A stretch of 41,786 bases of DNA, taken from an uncultured Methanosarcinales archaeon (GTDB lineage Archaea; Nanobdellota; Nanobdellia; Woesearchaeales; SKGA01). The position numbers and the translations under genes were made by a program. Positions 1 through 7,885 of the stretch are shown piece by piece. A model generated the notes under the pieces. The model did not search any database and was not told the origin of the DNA. It was given only the letters and a program-made list of their open reading frames with translations. The stretch is taken from assembly GCA_964534065.1 (NCBI GenBank), contig CAZHNR010000001.1, positions 1 to 41,786 of the forward strand, read 5' to 3'. Every line of letters starts with the position of its first letter. Within the stretch, counting starts at the first letter, position 1.

Positions 1-38
1 GAGATAAACAAAACAGATATTCTACGCTTCGAGGAAAA

Positions 39-260
39 ATGGCTGAAATTCTTACACAACACCTCCTTTACGAAGCTGCAGCAGAACAAAACATGGTTTC
101 TTATCGAAATGGAACTATTAAATATTTTAACAGACGCTTCGATCAAGGAGCAGAAATAGATCAAGTCTTTCAATTTTACGGTGAACAACCATTCTACAAT
201 ATGATTATTGAAGTAGCAAAATTTGATAATTTGGCTGTTACGCTTGACACGCAAAAATAA
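39..260 (+). CDS. hypothetical protein (may be the C-terminal part of a gene starting upstream of the window)
   Basis: 73-aa ORF. The same frame stays open back to nt 3, so the true start may be off-window. No recognisable motif. Confidence 0.3.
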   Translation: MAEILTQHLLYEAAAEQNMVSYRNGTIKYFNRRFDQGAEIDQVFQFYGEQPFYNMIIEVAKFDNLAVTLDTQK

Positions 261-261
261 A

Positions 262-1431
262 TTATATTTTCTTAAGCACAACTAAACTTTCTACATGAGG
301 AGTTTGCGGGAAGAAATCAAAGGCTTTATGATAGATTATTTCGTACTTGCCTCCTAATTCTTCAATGAGTGCTAGATCAGAATTTTGTGTTTTAGGATTA
401 CAAGAAAGATACACTATTGTTTTTGGTTCAAGTTCAAGAATTCGTTTGAGAGGTTTTTTCCCTACTCCTGCACGAGGAGGATCAAGAATAATCGTATCTA
501 CTTCAAGCGGTGCGTAGTCTTTGAGATGTTTCATATCTGCAGTGAAAAAAAGAGCTTTGGAATTATTGCGCTTAGCATTCTTTTGCGCCTGCTCTATAGC
601 TTGACTTACGAGTTCAATACCAAGCATGGAATTAGCTTGCTTCTCAAGACCTAAGGTAATTGCGCCCACACCACAACAAATATCCATGGTGTTTCCTGAA
701 ACAAATTCTTTCATGATGGAAAAGACGTGCTCAGCCATTGCTGTATTTGACTGGAAAAAACTATGCGGGCCGTACTCTAAGGACTTTTCAAGAATAATTT
801 CTTTAATTGTGGGGCTTCCTCCTTGCCACACGGGTTCTGTTGGAGGAATAGAAACGTCTGTTAACGTGTCATTAATAAACCAATATACTGAGTCAGCCAG
901 TGAGGTTAACTTACTGAGAAACTCTTTAAAACGCGTTTCAAGTGCAGGGTCTTGTGGAGTAGTTGATGTGGCAATAAGCATACTTTGCTTTGTAGTCGGG
1001 GCGTATCTAAAGGTAATATAGCGAAGAAAACCTTTTTGTTCTTCTAAGTCATAATGAGGAAATTGATAGTTTGCGAGAAGTTCTTGTGTCTTTTGAAATA
1101 ACTCAAGAAAATAAGGAGGAATGAGATGGCACTCTTCAATAGGGATGATAGTGTCAAAAGTTTTTCTAAGGCTCAACTTTCCCTGGACATAAATAAAATC
1201 CATACGGTTCCTATAATAATAAGGAGAAGGTGCTGCTACAACTTCCACAGGTTTTTTGAAAAGATGCTCAAGATACTGTTCTTTGACCATAATTTGGCTT
1301 GCATAGCTTATATTTTGGAATCTACATCCACCACAAGAACCAAAATGTTTACAGACAGGCTCAGTCTTTTCAAGGGAAGAATAATCAAAGGTTTTGAAAA
1401 AATCTTTCTTTTTACGTTTCTTTCCAGCCAT
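262..1431 (-). CDS. RNA (uracil-5-)-methyltransferase, TrmA/RumA (RlmD) family
   Basis: N-terminal Cys cluster CKHFGSCGGCRFQ, SAM-binding DICCGVGAI, DPPRAG and nucleophile motif YLSCNP. ATG at 1431 preferred over the TTG at 1440 used by the ORF track. Confidence 0.8.
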   Translation of the reverse strand: MAGKKRKKKDFFKTFDYSSLEKTEPVCKHFGSCGGCRFQNISYASQIMVKEQYLEHLFKKPVEVVAAPSPYYYRNRMDFIYVQGKLSLRKTFDTIIPIEECHLIPPYFLELFQKTQELLANYQFPHYDLEEQKGFLRYITFRYAPTTKQSMLIATSTTPQDPALETRFKEFLSKLTSLADSVYWFINDTLTDVSIPPTEPVWQGGSPTIKEIILEKSLEYGPHSFFQSNTAMAEHVFSIMKEFVSGNTMDICCGVGAITLGLEKQANSMLGIELVSQAIEQAQKNAKRNNSKALFFTADMKHLKDYAPLEVDTIILDPPRAGVGKKPLKRILELEPKTIVYLSCNPKTQNSDLALIEELGGKYEIIYHKAFDFFPQTPHVESLVVLKKI

Positions 1432-1455
1432 TATAAACAAGAAAAAAAGAGGAGT

Positions 1456-2361
1456 TTAAAAGTCCTGCTTTTTAGTGAACTTCGCAAGGAAAAAACCCTG
1501 TGTTTTCGTTTTGTCAGGCCACAGTTTTCTTGTCTTTGCAAGCTCTGAAGAAAGTTCGTTTCCAAAGACCGTTGTTGCGCCAGGTTCGCCGTAAGGAAGT
1601 GAAATATCAACTAAAACCATATCTTCATAGGTATCGAGTGCCCACTGCACCAGTAATTCATCTTCTTCAGGTTCTAAAGAACAAGTGGAATACACTAAGG
1701 TGCCACCAACTTCAAGCACTTGATACGCTGAACGAAACAATTCTTTTTGTAAACGAGAACGATCTTTAAAATCTCTTGGCGAACGCTTCGTAAAATAATC
1801 AGCTTCAATACAAAAGTTTCCTGAACACGGTGCGTCAAGAAGCACATGAGAACAAGAAGGTAGAATATCTGCAGCATACACTGCATCTTTTCGATAGGTG
1901 AGCACACTCTGTATACCTAAACGCTCACAATTGAACTCGATTTTTTTTAGACGAGGTAAGGTGATATCCAAAGCAATAATAGGAATTTTATCCTGTGTTA
2001 ACTGAGCAAGTTGCGTTGTCTTTGAACCTGGAGCAGCACACATATCAAGAATAGATTTTGGCGTAGCACCATCTTCAAGAAGAATGAGCGCAGGAAGCAT
2101 ACTTGCAGTTTCTTGTAAGTAAAGATACCCTAATAAATACTCTTCAGAAGAAACTAAAGGGAAAGGTGCGTCATACACATACGCTGCAGGAATATGATCA
2201 AGAGCAGTAAGCGTGACACTTTTTTGGCGAAGACGAGCAACACAGTCACTTTCAGAAATTTTAAGCGTATTGATGCGCAAAGTTTTTTGTATATCAACAG
2301 TATCAGGATTAAAATCGTGACCCAAATCAACGTAGCGTTGCAAAAGCTTAGCTTTGGACAT
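1456..2361 (-). CDS. NOL1/NOP2/Sun-family RNA cytosine-C5 methyltransferase
   Basis: DMCAAPGSKT SAM motif, DAPCSG and STCS catalytic Cys motifs. Start taken at MSKAK (ATG 2361), overlapping the upstream gene stop by 14 nt. Confidence 0.8.
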   Translation of the reverse strand: MSKAKLLQRYVDLGHDFNPDTVDIQKTLRINTLKISESDCVARLRQKSVTLTALDHIPAAYVYDAPFPLVSSEEYLLGYLYLQETASMLPALILLEDGATPKSILDMCAAPGSKTTQLAQLTQDKIPIIALDITLPRLKKIEFNCERLGIQSVLTYRKDAVYAADILPSCSHVLLDAPCSGNFCIEADYFTKRSPRDFKDRSRLQKELFRSAYQVLEVGGTLVYSTCSLEPEEDELLVQWALDTYEDMVLVDISLPYGEPGATTVFGNELSSELAKTRKLWPDKTKTQGFFLAKFTKKQDF

Positions 2362-3478
2362 GGGGCACCTCAAGAGTAATTGTTTTCTCTTTGAAATCAA
2401 TCTTAGAAACAAAAGGAAAGGAAAGATACTTTTTTTCTAGTTCTTTTGTAGAGAGTTTTTTACTATCTTCATTAAATTGATAGAGAAGTGTTGAAAGTTC
2501 CTTGTATTTCTCATAGAGTAACTCTCCTTTAGCTTGAAACTCTTGTTCCTTCTTCTCTAACCCTTCAAGCTGTTTTTGCTGTGCAAAGACAATTTTCTCA
2601 AACTTGTTTCTTCGTTTCGCTGTTTGTGAAGCTAAATCTTTCTGTTCTTTAGCTTCCTCTTTCTCTAAAATAAAACCAGCAATAGCCTTATTAAAGGATT
2701 TCTGCAAAGAACCTGTACCTGCGTTAGCCAGAGCAAAAGGAAAAACAGCATCCTCTGTTCTTACAGCAGCAATAGGTCTTGACAAGACTGCCTGCAAAGC
2801 CTCATAAATTTCTTTAAGTTGCGCATCCGAGAGCTCTTTTGGAGGAGTTTTTTTAGATATAGAAGTCTGTGCAAGTACTTCCTCTGCAAATACTCCTCCA
2901 AGACTACAAGTCATCGCAAGCGACTTCACAATAATTGGTGAATCAGATTCTTGCATTAGTACAGAAAACTCATCATAAGAAAATGTTCTTGGATCTTTTT
3001 TCGCTTCAGGTAACACATATACTTTCCCTGGTCGAATATCTCGTTTTTCATTCCAAGTCTTATGGTATAATGTAGTGAGTATAAGACCTGATTCATCAGT
3101 AAGAATCATATTTCCCGGTGTTAACAACTCAATATAGAGAAAACTTAGACCGTGCTTTGACATAAAGCTTAATTTAATAATACGTTCAAAACCAATCTGT
3201 TCAATAGATTGCAGGCGAGCATTTGTTATTTTTCTACGAAGACTTGCAACAAAATGAGGAGGAACATTCGGGAAATCAGGCTTAAAATCAACTTGACAGA
3301 CTACACCTTTCAAGTCAATATAATAATACAACTTTCCCACTTGCGAACTATGAAAAGAGATAAGAAATATGTCATCAGGTTTCTCTTGACCAAAAACTTT
3401 TTCTACTTTAGCACCAACAAAATGATCCCATTCTTTTAGTGCGTACGAGAGTTCCACAGCGGAAAGTTGTTCTTTCAT
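2348..3478 (-). CDS. NFACT-N (FbpA/Rqc2-like) domain protein, short form
   Basis: MKEQLSAVELSYALKEW... has the N-terminal pattern of NFACT/FbpA proteins, followed by a Lys/Glu coiled coil. ATG 3478 has a TTTAAAT box about 25 nt upstream. The 71 extra N-terminal codons in the track ORF look non-coding. Confidence 0.6.
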   Translation of the reverse strand: MKEQLSAVELSYALKEWDHFVGAKVEKVFGQEKPDDIFLISFHSSQVGKLYYYIDLKGVVCQVDFKPDFPNVPPHFVASLRRKITNARLQSIEQIGFERIIKLSFMSKHGLSFLYIELLTPGNMILTDESGLILTTLYHKTWNEKRDIRPGKVYVLPEAKKDPRTFSYDEFSVLMQESDSPIIVKSLAMTCSLGGVFAEEVLAQTSISKKTPPKELSDAQLKEIYEALQAVLSRPIAAVRTEDAVFPFALANAGTGSLQKSFNKAIAGFILEKEEAKEQKDLASQTAKRRNKFEKIVFAQQKQLEGLEKKEQEFQAKGELLYEKYKELSTLLYQFNEDSKKLSTKELEKKYLSFPFVSKIDFKEKTITLEVPHVQS

Positions 3479-3598
3479 GAAAAGTATAAGCTCCCCACAA
3501 CATTTAAACTTAGCGGGTAAAGATGAAATGAAATGATAAGAAGTTTTAAACAAATAAAGAAATGAAAAGAAAAGTATATAAACCAGAGAACAATAAAG

Positions 3599-3616
3599 AA
3601 CACTAGATGTAGTGTT
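3599..3616. promoter_or_regulatory. 18-bp palindrome AACACTA-GATG-TAGTGTT (operator-like site 1)
   Basis: Perfect 7-bp inverted arms read directly from the sequence. The same arms recur 31 bp downstream. Confidence 0.5.
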
Positions 3617-3629
3617 TGTACAAGTTGCA

Positions 3630-3647
3630 AACACTAAACCTAGTGTT
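3630..3647. promoter_or_regulatory. 18-bp palindrome AACACTA-AACC-TAGTGTT (operator-like site 2)
   Basis: Arms identical to site 1. Centre-to-centre spacing is 31 bp, about 3 helical turns. Confidence 0.5.
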
Positions 3648-3677
3648 TCCCCTGGTGGAACTGGGTGTGTGTGAATT

Positions 3678-3748
3678 GGCAAGCAAACCAAGACTGGTGC
3701 GTTATTTTTTTGCGGCGAGGCAAAAAAACGGTGCCAGTCTTAATTGCC
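3678..3748 (-). terminator. long imperfect hairpin with internal T7/A7 tracts (candidate terminator of the RNR-like gene, or part of a small RNA)
   Basis: GGCAA/TTGCC outer pairs, AAGACTGGTGC/GTGCCAGTCTT (two G-U pairs), inner TTTTTTTGC-GGCGAG-GCAAAAAAA stem-loop. It starts 11 nt past the stop of the 3759-4889 gene. Confidence 0.35.
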
Positions 3749-3758
3749 TCCCATTTTT

Positions 3759-4889
3759 TTATGATAAAGAATTTTTTCTATACACAGTGATACCTTTGAG
3801 TCCACGCGACTTAGCAAGCTCAAACACATTTCGTGTTTGTTCAACTCTCGCATTCGCAGGTAACACAACAGTTTTACTCATAGCCCCACCAATATGTTCT
3901 TGCAATGTGGCAAGCAAAGCTATCTGGTCTTCAAAACTGTAGGTTTCTAATTCTATTCCTGAACTTACACCTAACAAGCGACTCGTCGCTCCTGTGGGAG
4001 AAATAGCTCCTTGTGTTCCAAGAACTCGTCCAAGAAATGCACACAATTGCTTTGCCTCAGAACTATCAGGAGTGAGTACCAGACCTTCAAGAAATTCTTG
4101 AAGACCTAAAACACCAATATGTATTGACGCGTGCTCAGATGCTTCATTATTTTGTTCAGACACGTAGGTATGTTTTTTATGACATCGTTGCACAAAACGC
4201 ATCGCAAGTGTATGGGCTTGCAAAAATTCTTCAACTTCAAACATACCTTTACGAACGAAACTTGCTAGATTAAGATGCACGTAACACTTACTTTGCCAGT
4301 GAATTATTGCGGACTGCGCACACGGAGCAACAAGTGAACTGCGCATTTCTTGAAAAATAATTCCTGGATCACCGCATGCATGAGCGGCTCGCACAAGAGA
4401 CTCAGAAATAGTTTCTTTTGTAAGCACAACAGAGAAATTAATATGTGTTAATTCCTTATGCTTGTTTTTTAATCCTATAAACTCTTCAATACAAGGATGT
4501 GTATCTTTGCACGTAAGCATAGTTGCGCCGGGGCGCTTAGCACGTTGCAAAACATTTTTAAAAGAAAGTAAAAAACTGACAAAATTCTGACCAAAATCTG
4601 TATGTGACTCAGGTACTTCTAGCGATACTCCTAAACCATGCGCCAACATACTGCTAATTTTTTCTCGTTGCTCCCAAGGAAGCGCAATATCAGAAGCGTA
4701 GCAAGGATGCTTCTCACCTGCAGTCCAAAGCACCATAGACGGAGGAATAAACTCTTTGTGAATAAGAGCTTGAAAAAAATCCTCTTCCTCCATAACCTCA
4801 TCAGCTACCGCTTTTGCTACACGGCGACAGAGATCCACATAATTATGTTCTCCATTTTGTAAGTATTGCTTGAGTAACTCAGTATCCAT
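3759..4889 (-). CDS. ribonucleotide reductase (class II, NrdJ)-like protein, strongly shortened and with a degenerate active-site motif
   Basis: RNR-like motifs in the expected order: FIPPSMVLWTAG, RPGATML..THPCIEEFI, INFSVV, GDPGIIFQE, APCAQ (in place of NPCGE), ISPTGATS, SSGIE, SKTVVLP, KGITVYR. Only 376 aa. Confidence 0.6.
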   Translation of the reverse strand: MDTELLKQYLQNGEHNYVDLCRRVAKAVADEVMEEEDFFQALIHKEFIPPSMVLWTAGEKHPCYASDIALPWEQREKISSMLAHGLGVSLEVPESHTDFGQNFVSFLLSFKNVLQRAKRPGATMLTCKDTHPCIEEFIGLKNKHKELTHINFSVVLTKETISESLVRAAHACGDPGIIFQEMRSSLVAPCAQSAIIHWQSKCYVHLNLASFVRKGMFEVEEFLQAHTLAMRFVQRCHKKHTYVSEQNNEASEHASIHIGVLGLQEFLEGLVLTPDSSEAKQLCAFLGRVLGTQGAISPTGATSRLLGVSSGIELETYSFEDQIALLATLQEHIGGAMSKTVVLPANARVEQTRNVFELAKSRGLKGITVYRKNSLS

Positions 4890-4937
4890 AAAAAATGAAA
4901 AGAAAATCTGTCTAATAAAGATTGTTAATTATCTGAA

Positions 4938-5678
4938 TTAATCATTATCCACACGAGGTGCAAGAACAAAAGCAAGCTCTACTTTATTTTGCACAACGTA
5001 TTCAAGACGAAGAGGGTAATCTTTGCTGAATTTAATTGCTACAGTATCAGCTAATTTTGCACCTTGCATCATTTTTTTCAAGTACTCAATAGAATATTTC
5101 GCTGAAGCGTCTTCATCTTCACAGTTCACTGCAGTAACTGTATCAGCAGGAATGTCAACATTCACTTTAGAAATATCGCCCTTACTACTGACAGAAAAAA
5201 TATTTGGAGAAGCAGATAAATGAACACTTTCACCAACAACATCTACATCTTCAACCGCATCATTAAAAATCTGAGAAGCAGTATTGACGGTAACTGTAAA
5301 GGAAAGATCAGGAACTTTTTGATTCTTATCCTCGAGTTCAATGAGGGGCAAGTAGAATGTTCGTTTGGAAGAAGACTGCAAGGTTAACTTCAACTTGTTT
5401 TCCTCATCTTCCATCGTGAGCGTGTCGCCACCTTTTATTCGACGAAGTACTTGCTTGAGCGTATTCAAATTAATAGTAAATTTTTCTGTGTCCTTTTTTT
5501 CATAAGTGACAAATGAAGAGGAAAGGAGTTGAAAAGATACCATTGCAACGTTTGCAGGATCCATTGCGATAAGCTGCATACCATTATCAGTGAGATGAAT
5601 AGTCGCTTCTGTCACGATTTCAGAAATAATTGCTAAGCTGTCTTTCAAATACTTTGGTTCTGCAAGTGTAAGTTTCAT
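4938..5678 (-). CDS. pcn: DNA polymerase sliding clamp (PCNA)
   Basis: 246 aa with typical archaeal PCNA length and N-terminus (..LKDSLAIISEIVTEATIHLTDNGMQLIAMDPANVAMV..). TATA-like TTTATATAT lies upstream on the - strand. Confidence 0.9.
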   Translation of the reverse strand: MKLTLAEPKYLKDSLAIISEIVTEATIHLTDNGMQLIAMDPANVAMVSFQLLSSSFVTYEKKDTEKFTINLNTLKQVLRRIKGGDTLTMEDEENKLKLTLQSSSKRTFYLPLIELEDKNQKVPDLSFTVTVNTASQIFNDAVEDVDVVGESVHLSASPNIFSVSSKGDISKVNVDIPADTVTAVNCEDEDASAKYSIEYLKKMMQGAKLADTVAIKFSKDYPLRLEYVVQNKVELAFVLAPRVDND

Positions 5679-5732
5679 TCATAATTCCCCGTACATACGA
5701 TAATAAAACAAATAGTTTGACATATATAAACA

Positions 5733-7037
5733 TTATGCTCCGTAGCTAAAAGATTCTAATAAGCCGAGTTTTACAGCAGAAATGTCATCGAATTCTTTAA
5801 TAATCTCTTCACAAGCTTTGACACCAGAAGGTTCAGCATGAGAAGGAAGCACATGAGTTGGCCTCACCCAATCAAATAATTCTCTGTGGTCTTGTTGATG
5901 AGCATGACCAGAAACGTGAACATCTGTTATACATTCCACCCCTTGCTTTTTTAACTGAGTTTCTAAACGTTCACGGTTATCAATAGTAATTGGAGTAGGA
6001 ATAGTCTTACACGAGAAGACAACAACATCTCCTTGCTTGAAATCAAAAATTCCATCAGCCATACGAGAAAGCACTGCATTAGGTTCTCCTTGATGGCCCG
6101 TCACAATAAAGACATACTTTGTTGGATCACCTACTTTTTCTAGGTAACGGTTAATATCAGAACGAAACTTCAACTGCTTGTAGCGTTTACTTTCCGGATA
6201 AATATGCTCTCCAGCTTCTAAATATTTTGACAATGATCGACCAACAAAAATAGGTGTTCGACCAAGAGATAAGGTAAGATCAATTAAGGAACGAATTCGT
6301 GAAATATGAGATGAAAATGTAGAGAGCACAATAGCTCGCTTATCTTCAAGTTTTTCTTTAAGAGCCAGCACTTCCTCTCTGGCCTGTGACTCTGATAAAC
6401 ATTTGCCTGGCGTGTCAGCATACAAAGAATCAACAATTAAAAAAGATACTTTACCTTTCAAAGCCTGCAGACGACTCACATCGGAAGGAGGCTGAAATGG
6501 TGGATGCGTATCATTTTTGTAATCATTAGCATACATAATTATTCCATCGTTTGGTGAATGCAAAGCAAGCAAACAAGACTCAGGAGTAGAATGTGCAAGA
6601 CGAATAAACTCAACAGGAATACCACTTACAGAAACAGTATCTCCAGGATTTACTATATGTAAACTCGGCGTTACTCTGTGCTGCTGACAAAGGCTTCGAA
6701 TTATATTTCCCGCAAAACGCGTCGCATAAATAGGACACTGTAAAGATTTTGCTAGGAAAGGAAGTGCTCCTACGTGATCGAGATGAGCATGAGAAATACA
6801 TATGCCAACAATATCTTTTTTCCTGCGCATCAACCACCTTCTATCAGGGATGGCCTGAGCAGTAAGTAAGCGACGAAGAAGATGCTTTCTTCCAGGAAAA
6901 TCATCCCCTGTGACTGAAATGTACCTTTCTAAATGAAAACCCATGTCGCAAATAATAATTTTTCCATCAATATCAACAGCAATACAATTACGTCCAACTT
7001 CACCGACACCGCCTAAAGGAGTTATACGTACTACCAT
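5733..7037 (-). CDS. metallo-beta-lactamase/beta-CASP ribonuclease (archaeal RNase J-like)
   Basis: HAHLDHVGALP metal motif and N-terminus MVVRITPLGGVGEVGRNC typical of RNase J. Start set at ATG 7037 because the longer track ORF runs into the tRNA gene at 7110-7236. Confidence 0.75.
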   Translation of the reverse strand: MVVRITPLGGVGEVGRNCIAVDIDGKIIICDMGFHLERYISVTGDDFPGRKHLLRRLLTAQAIPDRRWLMRRKKDIVGICISHAHLDHVGALPFLAKSLQCPIYATRFAGNIIRSLCQQHRVTPSLHIVNPGDTVSVSGIPVEFIRLAHSTPESCLLALHSPNDGIIMYANDYKNDTHPPFQPPSDVSRLQALKGKVSFLIVDSLYADTPGKCLSESQAREEVLALKEKLEDKRAIVLSTFSSHISRIRSLIDLTLSLGRTPIFVGRSLSKYLEAGEHIYPESKRYKQLKFRSDINRYLEKVGDPTKYVFIVTGHQGEPNAVLSRMADGIFDFKQGDVVVFSCKTIPTPITIDNRERLETQLKKQGVECITDVHVSGHAHQQDHRELFDWVRPTHVLPSHAEPSGVKACEEIIKEFDDISAVKLGLLESFSYGA

Positions 7038-7109
7038 TTTTCTATGAATATAATGCAAGAAAAGGCGGTGAAAAAGAATTCTTTTTCGGACCTCTTCCGC
7101 ATAAATGTA

Positions 7110-7236
7110 TGCAGGAAAAGGGACTCGAACCCCTGTAGACATAAGTCAATGGATTGCTCAGTCATTACCAGCAATTGCTGGCTCTTCACTCAATAACACT
7201 TGAGTCCATCCCGTTTGACCGCTCCGGCATTCCTGC
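7110..7236 (-). tRNA. tRNA-Leu (anticodon CAA) with a 44-nt intron at the canonical 37/38 position
   Basis: Hand fold: acceptor GCAGGAA/UUCCUGC plus discriminator A; anticodon stem AUGGA/UCCAU; loop CUCAAGA after splicing; long variable arm (GAC-UUAU-GUC); T arm AGGGG-UUCGAGU-CCCUU. Intron about 7155-7198, framed by a bulge-helix-bulge (CUCA/UGAG helix with 3-nt bulges AGU and CAA). No encoded CCA. Confidence 0.85.
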
Positions 7237-7277
7237 ATAATGAGCTTTCTTAGAGAAGAAGGATATGATATATAAAA

Positions 7278-7643
7278 CTATTTGAGGTTTGCAAGCTTCT
7301 TCTCAATAGAAAGAATAGCTTCGTTTAATTTATCAATCTCAGATAAAGAAGGAGGAGCAACAGGTGAAACTGTTTCATGCTTCTGAGCAATGCTTCGCTG
7401 AGGTTGTGCATGAAATTCCTTGAGCAAGTCTTGGTGTGGAAGCTCTTGTTGTAAACGAGCAACTGTATCTGCAATATAGTGCAATTGAGACGTAATAGAA
7501 TCACGCAACTCAAACTTCTGTTTCGCTAGCTTTTCTAAATGGAGTTGAGAACGTGTCACTTGAAGAATATTCTTTGATGCAGACAAAATATTCATCTGCA
7601 AATGTTTAGGTTCCTTCAATTGTATAAAATACGAGTCTGACAT
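7278..7643 (-). CDS. hypothetical coiled-coil protein (member 3 of a three-gene set)
   Basis: 121-aa ORF with ATG start. N-terminal DSYFIQLKEP.. segment followed by heptad-like Leu/Gln-rich sequence. Lies 5 nt downstream of the preceding gene. Confidence 0.5.
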   Translation of the reverse strand: MSDSYFIQLKEPKHLQMNILSASKNILQVTRSQLHLEKLAKQKFELRDSITSQLHYIADTVARLQQELPHQDLLKEFHAQPQRSIAQKHETVSPVAPPSLSEIDKLNEAILSIEKKLANLK

Positions 7644-7648
7644 TGTTA

Positions 7649-7876
7649 TTATTGCTCCGGTTCAAAAAGAGTCTGGTCAACTTCATGCAATTGTCGTTCA
7701 ATATCTTGCAAGTGTTTTTTCCACATATCTAGTTCCTTTTGTTCTTCAGTACGAATATCTTCCAATTCCTTGTAAGATTCTTTGACTGCGAGTAACTGTT
7801 GTTTCAACTCGTCAGCCAAATCAAGAACTTCTCGGTAATTGTCAATTTTGATAAATACGGATGATTTTTGCGCCAT
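7649..7876 (-). CDS. hypothetical small coiled-coil protein (member 2)
   Basis: MAQKSSVFIKIDNYREVLDLADELKQQL.. ATG at 7876 is preceded by a GGTGA Shine-Dalgarno-like box. The track ORF starts 9 nt earlier at a GTG. Confidence 0.5.
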   Translation of the reverse strand: MAQKSSVFIKIDNYREVLDLADELKQQLLAVKESYKELEDIRTEEQKELDMWKKHLQDIERQLHEVDQTLFEPEQ

Positions 7877-7885
7877 GATTTTCAC

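Noticed and set aside
3479-3691. 71-codon N-terminal extension of the NFACT ORF (track ORF 2348-3691)
   Set aside because: The translation is Cys/Phe/Leu-rich junk that crosses the palindromes and a TATA-like box. The recognisable domain starts at MKEQLSAVEL (ATG 3478).
3599-3760. Possible SRP RNA, RNase P RNA, C/D-box or H/ACA sRNA in the 3479-3758 spacer
   Set aside because: I found no GNAR-capped helix-8-like motif, no RUGAUGA/CUGA box pair and no ACA box at the proper distance. It is kept only as an unclassified structured element in the findings.
7038-7142. N-terminal 35-codon extension of the RNase J-like ORF (track ORF 5733-7142)
   Set aside because: It runs into the tRNA-Leu gene (7110-7236) on the same strand. 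The conserved RNase J N-terminus begins at the internal ATG 7037.
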